A DNA stretch of 64,000 nucleotides from an uncultured bacterium (GTDB taxonomy: Bacteria > Verrucomicrobiota > Kiritimatiellia > CAIKKV01 > CAITUY01), in the NCBI GenBank assembly GCA_903958395.1, contig CAJBSZ010000384.1, forward strand, positions 3,156 through 67,155. The letters are read 5' to 3'. This document shows, in pieces, positions 9,926-19,735 of this stretch. A model generated the notes under the pieces. That model was not told where the DNA came from, ran no database searches, and saw only the letters and a program-made list of their open reading frames with translations. Made by a program: the position numbers and the translations under genes. Numbering within the stretch: the stretch's first letter is position 1; each line of letters begins with the position of its first letter.

Positions 9926-10572
9926 TGGAAATTCCCATGAAGCCGTCCTTGCAGCGTTTTTTGCGGAACAAACTGATATCCGGTCTGTTTTTTCTGGTTC
10001 CCGTCTGGGTCACCTATGTGGTTGTCAAGGCCGCGTTCAATGCCATGGCCTCGGTGTTGCAGCCGCTGGTTGTCCTGCTCCCGTGGGAACTTCCGAACTG
10101 GGTGACGGTGGTCATTTCCATTGTGGCCTTCTTGCTTCTCGTCCTGCTGGTGGGGATTGTGGCTGGCCGCGTGGTGGGGCAACGGTTGCTCGGGTACGGG
10201 GAGTCCCTCATTCTGCGTATTCCGGTTATTAAGACCATCTATTCGGCGGCCAAACAGGTGGTGGATGCGGTCTCACTTCCGAATCACAAGACGTTCAAGT
10301 CCGTTGTTGTGGTGGAGTATCCCATGCCGGGAATCAAGACCATCGGGTTTCTGACAGGAACCACGACGGATCAGGATGGAAAGAAATGGGGGCGTGTTTT
10401 CATCCCGATGTCACCGCTTCCCACCTCCGGGTTTCTGCATCTGGTCCCGATTGGCGATGTCCGCGTCACGGACATGGCGGTTGAGGATGCCTTTAAGATG
10501 CTGATTTCGGGCGGCTTTATTGCGCCGGAGACGCTGGTGACCCGTCCGTTTTCCGAGGAAAGCAGACTCTAG
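9925..10572 (+). CDS. DUF502-family membrane protein
   Basis: N-terminal FFLVPVWVTYVV and two TM helices characteristic of DUF502. Confidence 0.65.
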   Translation: MEIPMKPSLQRFLRNKLISGLFFLVPVWVTYVVVKAAFNAMASVLQPLVVLLPWELPNWVTVVISIVAFLLLVLLVGIVAGRVVGQRLLGYGESLILRIPVIKTIYSAAKQVVDAVSLPNHKTFKSVVVVEYPMPGIKTIGFLTGTTTDQDGKKWGRVFIPMSPLPTSGFLHLVPIGDVRVTDMAVEDAFKMLISGGFIAPETLVTRPFSEESRL

Positions 10573-11159
10573 AACTTCACTTTGGGTGCCTGGCCTTCGG
10601 CGGGCGACTCCAGTTCAAACAGGGTGGCTGCGGCAAACCCGAAGCTATTGGCGATCACGACATTGGGGAAGGTTTCCCGGGCCGTGTTGTACACCATCAC
10701 GGAGTCATTATAGGCCTGCCGGGCGAATGAGATCTTGTTTTCCGTAGAGGTTAATTCCTCGCTCAGTTGCATCATGTTCTGATTCGCCTTCAGATCCGGA
10801 TAGGCCTCGGCCACCATCATCAGCCGGCCCAGGACTCCAGCCATCTGGCCTTCTGCCTTCATCAGGCCCTGCATGGCCAGGGCATCTTCCGGGTTTGCGG
10901 CGGCTTTCTGGTTTGCGGCATACGCCTGGTTCCGGGCGGAGATCACGGCTTCAAGGGTTTCGCGCTCGTGTTTGATATAGCCCTTGGCGGTTTCCACGAG
11001 ATTTGGAATCAAGTCATACCGCCGCTTGAGTTGCACGTCAATTTGGGAAAACGCGTTTTTGAAGCGGTTGCGAAGGGCGACCAGCCGGTTATAGATGCTG
11101 ATCACCATCAAAACCACCACCACCAGCACCGCGACCACCACCAGCATAAATTTATTCAT
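10569..11159 (-). CDS. lemA: LemA-family protein
   Basis: TM anchor then YNRLVALRN...RRYDLIPNLVETAKGY LemA signature; start set at MNKFMLVVV, preceded by a GAGGGAG RBS. Confidence 0.75.
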   Translation of the reverse strand: MNKFMLVVVAVLVVVVLMVISIYNRLVALRNRFKNAFSQIDVQLKRRYDLIPNLVETAKGYIKHERETLEAVISARNQAYAANQKAAANPEDALAMQGLMKAEGQMAGVLGRLMMVAEAYPDLKANQNMMQLSEELTSTENKISFARQAYNDSVMVYNTARETFPNVVIANSFGFAAATLFELESPAEGQAPKVKF

Positions 11160-11384
11160 GTTGCTATTCTCCCTCAGGGTTAAAGGACCTAACCATTGGA
11201 CGTGTTTATAGCCGGTTTCGGGGAGGCGGGGCAATAGGTAAATAAGAAGCTTTTTTGCTTGCGCCGCAAGGGGTTATTCGAGACTATCCCCGATTCTTAG
11301 TCGGGGGGGGGGAGGTTTTTTCGGGGGTGTCCCTGAGCCTTTTCGCCCGTGTAACTGAGTCAATAACAACAAGATAAGTATTGT

Positions 11385-13145
11385 ATGGCTAAAAAGCACA
11401 AGAAGAGCACTGCGCCAGCGGTTGTCGAAGACGCCGAAAGAGCCCAGATGTCTCAGATGTACGAAGAAACCCTCAAAACGTTCGCTGAAGGCTCGATCAT
11501 TCCCGGCAAAGTTCTGGAAATCCGGGGTGACGGCGTCCTCGTGGATATTGGTTATAAATCCGAGGGTATGATCCACGCGAGTGAATTTCCGGATATTTCC
11601 GTTGTCAAACCCGGCGATATTTTCAATGTCCTGCTCGAGGGGATTGAGGATGATGAAGGCCTGGTGATGCTCAGCAAGAGTCGCGCCGAGCAGCAGGAGC
11701 GTTGGAATGTGGTCCTTGAAACCTACAAGGAAGGCTCCATCGTCAATGGCAATGTGCACAGCCGCGTCAAGGGTGGCTTCATTGTGGATGTGGGCGGCAT
11801 TGAATCGTTCCTTCCCGGCTCCCAGGTGGATGTCTCCCCCGTGCACGATCCCGATGCGCTGGTGGGCAAGACGCTTGAGTTCAAGATTATCAAGATCAAT
11901 GACGACCGCCGCAATATCGTGCTGTCGCGCCGCGAACTGATGGAAGACCGTCGCCGCGACCGCAAGCGCGAGTTGTTGACCGAGATCAAGGTGGGTCAGG
12001 TTCGCAAGGGTATGATCAAGAATATCACCGACTTCGGTGTGTTCGTGGATCTCGACGGAATGGACGGACTGTTGCATATCACCGATATGAGCTGGGGCCG
12101 CATCAACCACCCGACCGAGATGGTCAAGGTGGGCGAGGAGCTCGAGGTCGTCATCCTGGATGTCAATATGGATAAGGAGCGCGTTTCGCTTGGGCTCAAG
12201 CAGCGCAGCACCAATCCGTGGGACAACATCGGGGCCAAGTACCCGGTCGGCAGCCGTTTGCGGGGCAAGGTGGTCAACCTGGTTCCCTACGGCGCGTTCG
12301 TCGAAATCGAGCAGGGCGTCGAGGGCCTGGTGCATGTGTCGGAAATTTCCTGGACCAAGCGCATTGCCCGCGCCTCCGATGTCCTGGCCACCGGCCAGGA
12401 AGTGGATGTCGTGGTGCTCAATGTCAACAAGGAAGAGCAGAAGATCGCGCTGGGTATCCGCCAGACCGAGGAAAATCCCTGGGACGGCGTTCGCATGCGT
12501 TATCCGCTCGGAGCCCGCGTGTCCGGCAAGGTTCGCAACCTGACCTCGTACGGCGCCTTTGTGGAGCTGGAAGAGGGGATTGACGGCATGGTTCATGTGT
12601 CTGACATGTCCTGGACCCGCAAGGTCAACCATCCTTCCGAGATCATGAAGAAGGGTGATGAGGTTTCCGCCGTGGTCCTGGAAGTGGATCCCGACAACCA
12701 ACGCATCAGCCTCGGCATGAAGCAGGCTCAGGAGGATCCGTGGTCCACGATCGCGGCCCGTCTGAAGATTGGCCAGATGGTCAAGGGCAAGGTCACCAAG
12801 CTGGCGTCCTTCGGCGCCTTCGTGGAGATCGAGGAGGGCATTGACGGCCTGGTTCACATCTCACAGATCAGCGATGATCGCGTGGAGAAGGTGAAGGACG
12901 TGCTGAAGGTCGGCCAGGAAGTTCAGGCCCGCATTGTTCGTATTGATCAGATGGATCGCAAGATCGGTCTGAGCATCAAGGCGGCGAGCGTGTCGGATGA
13001 GGAATTTGTCGTGAAAGACGAGATGCTCGAAGGGCTGCGCCCGGGCGAGGATCTTGTGGATCTGGCCGGGGCCTTTGACGCCGCTTTCGGTGCCAAGGAT
13101 GAGGAATGGCATCCGGGCGACAAGTCCGGCGGCAGAGACAAGTAA
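11385..13145 (+). CDS. rpsA: 30S ribosomal protein S1
   Basis: Six consecutive S1 domains (repeated G.V..I...GAFV..EG..GL.H.S) over 586 aa. Confidence 0.95.
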   Translation: MAKKHKKSTAPAVVEDAERAQMSQMYEETLKTFAEGSIIPGKVLEIRGDGVLVDIGYKSEGMIHASEFPDISVVKPGDIFNVLLEGIEDDEGLVMLSKSRAEQQERWNVVLETYKEGSIVNGNVHSRVKGGFIVDVGGIESFLPGSQVDVSPVHDPDALVGKTLEFKIIKINDDRRNIVLSRRELMEDRRRDRKRELLTEIKVGQVRKGMIKNITDFGVFVDLDGMDGLLHITDMSWGRINHPTEMVKVGEELEVVILDVNMDKERVSLGLKQRSTNPWDNIGAKYPVGSRLRGKVVNLVPYGAFVEIEQGVEGLVHVSEISWTKRIARASDVLATGQEVDVVVLNVNKEEQKIALGIRQTEENPWDGVRMRYPLGARVSGKVRNLTSYGAFVELEEGIDGMVHVSDMSWTRKVNHPSEIMKKGDEVSAVVLEVDPDNQRISLGMKQAQEDPWSTIAARLKIGQMVKGKVTKLASFGAFVEIEEGIDGLVHISQISDDRVEKVKDVLKVGQEVQARIVRIDQMDRKIGLSIKAASVSDEEFVVKDEMLEGLRPGEDLVDLAGAFDAAFGAKDEEWHPGDKSGGRDK

Positions 13146-13166
13146 TCCCTGTCAGGCAATAACGGG

Positions 13167-13207
13167 ACGAGGCGCGCCGGATCACCAACGGAGCGCCTCG
13201 TTTTTTT
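13167..13207 (+). terminator. rho-independent terminator after rpsA
   Basis: CGAGGCGC stem, 17-nt loop, GCGCCTCG, then a T8 run. Confidence 0.6.
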
Positions 13208-13242
13208 TCGCCGCAGTGCGGCTAGGGAATGGGGAGTAATTT

Positions 13243-14511
13243 ATGGCCAATATCATTGAAACGCTCAAGGAGCGGGGGCTGTTCGACAATGTGACCAGCC
13301 CTGATCTGCTGAAACAGGTTGAATCGCCGACGACGGTCTATGCCGGCTTCGACCCGACCTCCAGCAGTCTGCAGGTGGGGAACTTTGTCACCATCATGGG
13401 GTTGGCCCACTTCCAGCGGGCCGGGCACCCGGTGATCGCCCTCGCGGGCGGCGCCACCGGTATGATCGGCGATCCGTCAGGAAAGTCCAGTGAACGGAAT
13501 CTTCAGTCGCACGAGGAGGTCGAGCGCAATCTGGTGGGCGTAAAGGAGAATCTGTCGCGCTTCCTGGATTTTGACTCTAAAACCGCACCGGCGAAGATCG
13601 TGAACAACCATGATTGGATGGGGCGGTTCAGCTACATCGAATTTCTCCGTGATGTCGGCAAGCACTTTCGCATGGGCACCATGCTGGGCAAGGAAAGCGT
13701 GCGGGCCCGTATGGAAAGTGAAGCCGGCATGAGCTATTGCGAATTCAGCTACCAGTTGATTCAGGCTTATGATTTCCTGCATCTGTGGGACAAGGAGGGT
13801 TGCAAACTCCAGATCGGGGGATCCGATCAGTGGGGGAACATCACGGCGGGGGTCGACCTGATCCGCAGGCTCCGGGGTGGCGAAGCCTTTGGTATGACCT
13901 TCCCCATCATCTGCGACAGTAGCGGTCAGAAGTTCGGCAAGACCGCCGGAAACGCAGTCTATTTGGATCACAACCGCACCTCGTATTATGATTTCTACCA
14001 GTTTTTCATCCGGACGGAGGACGCGGATGTGATCCGTTTCCTAAAGATCTTCACCTTCCTTCCGATGGCGCAGATCGAGGAGATGGCGCGGGAGATGGCT
14101 TCCGCGCCCGAGAAGCGGCTGGCCCAGAAAATTCTCGCTGAGGAGATGACCCGCACGATTCACGGTGCCCAGGGGGTGGCCATTGCCCAACGCGCCAGTG
14201 AGGTCCTGTTTGGAGGCTCCATGGAGGGAATGAAGGCCGATGACCTCATCAAGGTCTTTGCGAATGTGCCCTCCCGCGAAATGCCCCTGGATTCGGTCCG
14301 GGGCGCCGGGTTCCTGGATGTGGCCGTGGCGGCGGGTCTGTGCAAGAGCAAGGGCGAGGCCCGCCGGTTGGTGACCGAGGGTGGATTCTACATCAATAAT
14401 ATCCGCATCACGGATCACGCAGGAAAGATCTCAGGCGAGTTGCTGGTCGATGGCCGGATTTTGGTGATGCGGGCCGGAAAAAAGAATTACTGTCTGGTTA
14501 AGGTGACCTAA
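13243..14511 (+). CDS. tyrS: tyrosine--tRNA ligase
   Basis: Class I HIGH-like region (FDPTSSSLQVGN) and KMSKS-like KFGKT; C-terminal S4-like domain; 422 aa. Confidence 0.95.
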   Translation: MANIIETLKERGLFDNVTSPDLLKQVESPTTVYAGFDPTSSSLQVGNFVTIMGLAHFQRAGHPVIALAGGATGMIGDPSGKSSERNLQSHEEVERNLVGVKENLSRFLDFDSKTAPAKIVNNHDWMGRFSYIEFLRDVGKHFRMGTMLGKESVRARMESEAGMSYCEFSYQLIQAYDFLHLWDKEGCKLQIGGSDQWGNITAGVDLIRRLRGGEAFGMTFPIICDSSGQKFGKTAGNAVYLDHNRTSYYDFYQFFIRTEDADVIRFLKIFTFLPMAQIEEMAREMASAPEKRLAQKILAEEMTRTIHGAQGVAIAQRASEVLFGGSMEGMKADDLIKVFANVPSREMPLDSVRGAGFLDVAVAAGLCKSKGEARRLVTEGGFYINNIRITDHAGKISGELLVDGRILVMRAGKKNYCLVKVT

Positions 14512-14677
14512 CCCGCTTGTGGAGACGCAGTCGTCAAGCATAAAGCGCCCTTACAAGTCGCCTTCGCCCATGCCGAGGCCTTGGTACGCGCCAAATCACA
14601 CATGAAATAGCCTTTGTTGCCTATGTCGACATTTGGCCGGATATGGCAGTCTTCCGTTTTTGAAAGGGGAAGTTCAT

Positions 14678-15781
14678 ATGATGGCTTTGAACTTGAGGGA
14701 GAATCTTCTGAGCCTTTACCGGCGCCAGGGATATCTGCACGCTCCTGTTGGAATGCACTTGTGTCCTTCGCTGGAGGAGGAGTTCCGCCGCCGCTATCCC
14801 GGGTTTAAGGGGGATTATCTGGACTTCTTCCAGGCGCCCTATCGGATCATCTACGATCCGGGTTTTGCGTGGAACTTCGACGAGGTCTGGCGCATCCCGG
14901 GCCGGGATCACATGGACTGGCACCGGTTCTATCCGGATGGTTTTAAGTACAAGGTCAAGTTCGACGGGTGGGGGACGGCCCACGAGGATAATCCCGATTC
15001 CAAACACATGACCCGGATGCATCACCCGTTGCGAAATGCCACCAGCATCGCGGAGCTCGAGACCTATCCCTGGCCGGATTTCAAGGCGATGGATTTCAGT
15101 TACCTGAAAAGCAAGGTGGATGAAATTCAGACGCGCAACCTCGCTGTGTTTGTCTGGGCGGAGTGCACCGTTTGGGAAACATCCTGGTACCTGAGAGGGA
15201 TGGATAACCTTTTCGTGGACATGGCATCGGAGGATCCCATGGCCACCTATCTCCTGGACAAGGTGACGGAGTTGGCCTGCTTCCGGGCGGCCAGGTTCGC
15301 CGAGGCCGGGGTGGATATCCTCGGACTCGGGGATGATATCGGGATGCAAAGCACGATCATGATGTCGGAAGACATGTACAGGACCTGGCTCAAGCCGCGG
15401 CTGGCCAGGGTGATCGCCGCCGCAAAGTCGGTCAAACCCGATCTGCTCGTGAGCTATCATTCGTGCGGTTATGTGGCGCCGTACATCCCCGACCTGATTG
15501 AGGTCGGGGTGGATATTCTCAATCCGGTCCAGCCGGAATGCATGGACTTCGCCGACATCCATGCCCGTTTCGGCGACAGGCTTTCCTTCAATGGTACACT
15601 GGGCACGCAACAGCTCATGCCGTTCGGGACACCGGACCAGATCAAGGCCGAAGTGCGCCGGAATCTCGGGATTGCCGGGGCGAAGGGTGGGTTGTTCTGC
15701 TGTCCCACGCATATGCTTGAACCCGAGGTTCCGTGGGAGAACATCGAGGCCTATGTCCAGGCGTGCAAGGAGTATCAATAA
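14678..15781 (+). CDS. uroporphyrinogen decarboxylase (URO-D) family protein, MtaA/CmuA-like methyltransferase fold
   Basis: C-terminal half resembles the URO-D/MtaA TIM-barrel; GGGGAAG RBS before ATGATG at 14678. Called in preference to the antisense 404-aa ORF 14621..15835, which has no motifs. Confidence 0.55.
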   Translation: MMALNLRENLLSLYRRQGYLHAPVGMHLCPSLEEEFRRRYPGFKGDYLDFFQAPYRIIYDPGFAWNFDEVWRIPGRDHMDWHRFYPDGFKYKVKFDGWGTAHEDNPDSKHMTRMHHPLRNATSIAELETYPWPDFKAMDFSYLKSKVDEIQTRNLAVFVWAECTVWETSWYLRGMDNLFVDMASEDPMATYLLDKVTELACFRAARFAEAGVDILGLGDDIGMQSTIMMSEDMYRTWLKPRLARVIAAAKSVKPDLLVSYHSCGYVAPYIPDLIEVGVDILNPVQPECMDFADIHARFGDRLSFNGTLGTQQLMPFGTPDQIKAEVRRNLGIAGAKGGLFCCPTHMLEPEVPWENIEAYVQACKEYQ

Positions 15782-15884
15782 GGGAGGCAGGGGATATATC
15801 ACCCGCCTCGAAAGCACGGTTTCGATCCAGTACAAAATTTCGGGAGTGGTGAGCCTTGGGATGAATCCGTAGAGTTTAGCTTAT

Positions 15885-16748
15885 TCAGGGTGGCATCCGG
15901 GTGAGGAAACGGGTTCGGAAGGCGCGCGGGGAATAGCCGGTGATCTTCTTGAACATCCGTGAGAAGTGGAATTCATCGCAGATACCGAGCCGGTCGGCAA
16001 TTTCGGCATGCGTCAGGCGGGTGCCGCAGAGGAGTGTGCTGGCGCGATCGGCCAACAGGGTCTGGTGGTATTGCATGGGGGATTGACCGGCAAGTCTCGC
16101 GAAACGGCGTCGGAAGGTGTCGTAGGATACGCCAAGTATTCTGGCGATGGCTCGGAAATCGATGCGTCCGCCGTCATTTTTCGCGATCAACGCGTAGGCC
16201 CGTTCCCTCCATTCCACCTCGTCATCGCCGACGCGCAGACGAGATTGGTGGGCGAGGATATCGGCCAGCAGGAGTTGCAGGCGGCTGATATCGGAGAGGG
16301 AGCTCTGATGGGAAGGGACGGCGCGGATATCCACGACTTCCTGAAACCGTTTCAACCACAGGTAATCGGGTGCGAGTCTGAAGAACTCGCAATCCTTGTC
16401 GAGCAGGTGTGTTTTGCGCCACACATCGAAGACCGGCCCCTCGAAGACGATGTAGTATTCGTTCCAGCCTCCGCAGTTATGGCGCAGGGGGCCGTAATGA
16501 TGTGGAACCCCGGGGCGCAGCAGGAACGCGTCGCCGCCACCGAGTTCGCGCCGGTTGCCGCTGGCATCCCGTAACAGGCCCCGGCCCTTGAAGAGGTAGA
16601 CGAGTGCGTAGTACTTCAGTGTCCTCAGGGCGTGGATGGGTGGTGTCTGTTTTCCGTGTGATTCGCCCACCATGACGATTCGCCCCAGCGGACAGCCATG
16701 CCTGAAGCTGAAGACGAAATCCATGTTGGTTGTGGGAGACTCCTTCAT
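15885..16748 (-). CDS. AraC-family transcriptional regulator
   Basis: N-terminal cupin-like effector domain and C-terminal double HTH (ARILGVSYDTFRRRF...FHFSRMFKKITGYSPRAFR); convergent with the URO-D-family gene. Confidence 0.75.
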   Translation of the reverse strand: MKESPTTNMDFVFSFRHGCPLGRIVMVGESHGKQTPPIHALRTLKYYALVYLFKGRGLLRDASGNRRELGGGDAFLLRPGVPHHYGPLRHNCGGWNEYYIVFEGPVFDVWRKTHLLDKDCEFFRLAPDYLWLKRFQEVVDIRAVPSHQSSLSDISRLQLLLADILAHQSRLRVGDDEVEWRERAYALIAKNDGGRIDFRAIARILGVSYDTFRRRFARLAGQSPMQYHQTLLADRASTLLCGTRLTHAEIADRLGICDEFHFSRMFKKITGYSPRAFRTRFLTRMPP

Positions 16749-16894
16749 TGATTCGGCATTTAGTGCTGTATTGTTCCAGTTTGGTCAAGGGCAAAGCTCC
16801 AGTCCCTGGCCTGCATTAAGATGCGGTTGTTCTGGATTTGGGGTATTCCGGACTCGACGCATGTTGCGGAAATGCGTATCCTGATTGCCCTTAT

Positions 16895-19735
16895 ATGAGC
16901 CACGATCACATCATCATAGCCGGAGCCCGTGAGCATAACCTCCAGAACATCACGGTAAAAATTCCCCGCAACAGTCTGACGGTTATTACCGGATTGAGCG
17001 GTTCAGGAAAGTCCTCGCTGGCGTTTGACACCCTTTTTGCCGAGGGGCAGCGCCGCTATGTGGAGAGCTTGTCGGCCTATGTGCGACAGTTCCTGAACCA
17101 GATGCAGAAACCCGATGTGGACTATGTGGAGGGGCTTTCCCCCGCCATTTCAATCGAACAGCGTACGGCGGGATCCAATCCCCGGTCCATCGTCGCCACC
17201 ACAACAGAGATTCACGACTACCTCCGGCTGTTGTATGCCAATGTCGGGCATCCGCATTGCCCGCATTGCGGAAAGCCCGTGTCGGGCCAGTCCGCAGAGG
17301 GTATTGTCGGGCAGATCCTTCAGCATCCGGCCCGAACGAAGGTCGCGGTGCTGGCGCCTCTGCTTCGGAGCAAGAAGGGGCTGCATGAGGCCGTTTTTGA
17401 GAAGGTCCGCAAGCAGGGTTTTGTCCGGGTCCGGGTGGATGGGGATCTGGTTGAGTTGGACAAGATTCCCGCCCTGAACAAAAAAACCGCGCACAATGTT
17501 GATGTGGTGGTGGATCGCCTGGTGATCACCGACAAGATCCGGTCGAGGTTGACCGATTCGGTGGAGCTGGCCCTGAAAGAGGGCGGTGGGGTTCTGATTG
17601 TTTTATTTCAGGCGGATACGGAAACGGCGTGGACGGAAAAACTGTATTCCGAGAAGCATGCGTGTCCGGATTGCGGGGTGAGTTTTGAAAAGCTTACCGC
17701 GCGGCATTTCTCGTTCAATAGTCCCTATGGTGCCTGTCCCGACTGCTCCGGACTGGGTAGTAAACTGGTGTTCGATGAGAGCCTCGTCGTGCCCAATCCG
17801 GAACTCTCGATCGAGGACGGAGCCATTCCTCCCTGGCGGCGCGGGGGGCGCCGGTTGATCCTGTATTACAAGGCACTGCTTCGGGCCGTTGCCAAACAGT
17901 GTGAATTCAGCCTGGAGACGCCCTTCAAGGATCTTCCGGCGGATATGCGCCGTCTTCTCCTGCATGGCTCGGGCGACAAGGACATGACCTTCGGGTACTG
18001 GCGGGGCGGGGCGTTCCGGAAGTACGAAAAACCATTTGAGGGAGTGCTTCCGAATCTGGCCCGGCGCTACACGGAGACCGATAGTGACTTCACCCGGCAA
18101 CGGTTGCGTGATTATATGAGCAAGCAATCCTGCCCGACCTGCAAAGGGGCCCGGTTGCGTCCGGAAATTCTCTCCTGCACGGTTTCTGGGCAGTCCATTG
18201 TGGATCTGACACGCCTGTCGGTCCGCAATGCGCTGTCCTTTCTCCGGACCCTGGTTCTCTCGGAACAGGAAGGGAAGATTGCCGGCGAGGTCATCAAGGA
18301 GATCCGGGAGCGGCTCCAATTCCTGGCGGATGTAGGTCTGGATTATCTGACGCTGGATCGGGAAAGCGGGTCATTGTCGGGCGGCGAGGCCCAGCGGATC
18401 CGGTTGGCGACCCAGATCGGGTCACGACTGGTCGGCGTCCTGTATGTGCTGGATGAACCCAGTATCGGGCTTCATTACCGGGATAACGAGCGGCTGATCA
18501 ACACCCTGAAGCAGCTTCGCGATCTGGGCAACACGGTGGTGGTGGTGGAGCATGATGAGGAGACGATCCGGGCGGCGGACTGCGTCATTGATCTCGGGCC
18601 GGGGGCGGGGCGTCATGGAGGACAGGTGATCCACCAGGGAACGGTGCCGCAATTGCTGGTGAACCGGCAGTCGCTCACGGCCAAGTATCTGAACGGAGAA
18701 CTGGTCATTCAAGTGCCGCCAACCCGCAAGGCGCCGGGTTCGGACTGGCTCCAGTTGGTCGGGTGCACCGAAAACAATCTGAAGAACCTGAATGCCAAAA
18801 TTCCCCTGGGTCTTTTTGTGTGCGTGACGGGGGTATCCGGGAGCGGGAAGAGCACGCTGGTGGATGATATCCTGCGCCGTGCCCTGTTCCGGAAAATCTA
18901 CGGATCGCGTGACCTTCCCGGCGCCCATCGGAAGTTGCTGGGCGCGGACAAGCTGGACAAGGTGATTGTGATCGATCAATCCCCGATCGGGCGGACGCCC
19001 CGCAGCAATCCCTCCACCTACACCGGGGCCTTTGCTCCGATCCGGGATTTGTTCGCCGCCCTCCCGGTATCGAAGGTCCGGGGTTACGGGCCGGGTCGAT
19101 TCAGCTTTAATGTAAAAGGCGGACGGTGCGAGGCGTGCAAGGGCGATGGAATCATACGCCTGGAAATGCATTTTCTCCCGGATGTCTATGTGACCTGCGA
19201 GCAGTGCGGCGGCTTGCGCTACAACAAGGAGACGCTGGAAGTTCATTACGCGGGCAGGAGTATTGCCGAGGTGCTGAACCTGACCATCGATGAGGCGCTG
19301 GACTGCTTTAAAAATATTCCCGCGATCGAGCGGAAACTGCGCACCTTGTCGGAAGTCGGTCTCGGCTACATTCAGCTGGGCCAGTCGGCCACGACGCTGT
19401 CGGGCGGCGAGGCCCAGCGTATGAAGCTGGCTTCGGAGCTCAGTCGACAGGCGACGGGGAAGACCCTTTATCTTCTGGATGAGCCCACGACCGGGCTTCA
19501 TTTTGCCGATATTGAGCGGCTTTTGAATGTCATTGAACGGCTGAGGGATGCCGGGAATTCCGTTTTAGTGATCGAGCATAACCTGGATGTCATCAAGCGG
19601 TGCGATTACATGATTGATCTGGGGCCGGAAGGCGGGGATGATGGGGGACGGATTATCGCCGTGGGCACTCCGGAAGAAGTGATCCGGTGCGAGGCGTCCC
19701 ATACCGGACAGGCTTTGCGGAAACATATGGAATGA
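16895..19735 (+). CDS. uvrA: excinuclease ABC subunit A
   Basis: N-terminus [57 protein letters not shown] is near-identical to the UvrA consensus; two ABC ATPase modules and zinc-finger Cys pairs; 946 aa. Confidence 0.95.
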   Translation: MSHDHIIIAGAREHNLQNITVKIPRNSLTVITGLSGSGKSSLAFDTLFAEGQRRYVESLSAYVRQFLNQMQKPDVDYVEGLSPAISIEQRTAGSNPRSIVATTTEIHDYLRLLYANVGHPHCPHCGKPVSGQSAEGIVGQILQHPARTKVAVLAPLLRSKKGLHEAVFEKVRKQGFVRVRVDGDLVELDKIPALNKKTAHNVDVVVDRLVITDKIRSRLTDSVELALKEGGGVLIVLFQADTETAWTEKLYSEKHACPDCGVSFEKLTARHFSFNSPYGACPDCSGLGSKLVFDESLVVPNPELSIEDGAIPPWRRGGRRLILYYKALLRAVAKQCEFSLETPFKDLPADMRRLLLHGSGDKDMTFGYWRGGAFRKYEKPFEGVLPNLARRYTETDSDFTRQRLRDYMSKQSCPTCKGARLRPEILSCTVSGQSIVDLTRLSVRNALSFLRTLVLSEQEGKIAGEVIKEIRERLQFLADVGLDYLTLDRESGSLSGGEAQRIRLATQIGSRLVGVLYVLDEPSIGLHYRDNERLINTLKQLRDLGNTVVVVEHDEETIRAADCVIDLGPGAGRHGGQVIHQGTVPQLLVNRQSLTAKYLNGELVIQVPPTRKAPGSDWLQLVGCTENNLKNLNAKIPLGLFVCVTGVSGSGKSTLVDDILRRALFRKIYGSRDLPGAHRKLLGADKLDKVIVIDQSPIGRTPRSNPSTYTGAFAPIRDLFAALPVSKVRGYGPGRFSFNVKGGRCEACKGDGIIRLEMHFLPDVYVTCEQCGGLRYNKETLEVHYAGRSIAEVLNLTIDEALDCFKNIPAIERKLRTLSEVGLGYIQLGQSATTLSGGEAQRMKLASELSRQATGKTLYLLDEPTTGLHFADIERLLNVIERLRDAGNSVLVIEHNLDVIKRCDYMIDLGPEGGDDGGRIIAVGTPEEVIRCEASHTGQALRKHME

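Noticed and set aside
11274-12857. 527-aa minus-strand ORF
   Set aside because: Antisense to rpsA, which is unambiguous.
13208-13242. T-box or other leader upstream of tyrS
   Set aside because: Only ~35 nt separate the rpsA terminator from the tyrS ATG. That is too short for a T-box and no specifier or antiterminator elements are present.
14621-15835. 404-aa minus-strand ORF overlapping the URO-D-family gene
   Set aside because: No recognisable domain or RBS. The + strand ORF has URO-D-like conservation and a GGGGAAG RBS. It remains the less certain of the paired calls.
16749-16894. Looked for an SOS (LexA) box upstream of uvrA
   Set aside because: CTGTattgttccAG is not a CTGT-N8-ACAG match. 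No convincing LexA-type palindrome was found.
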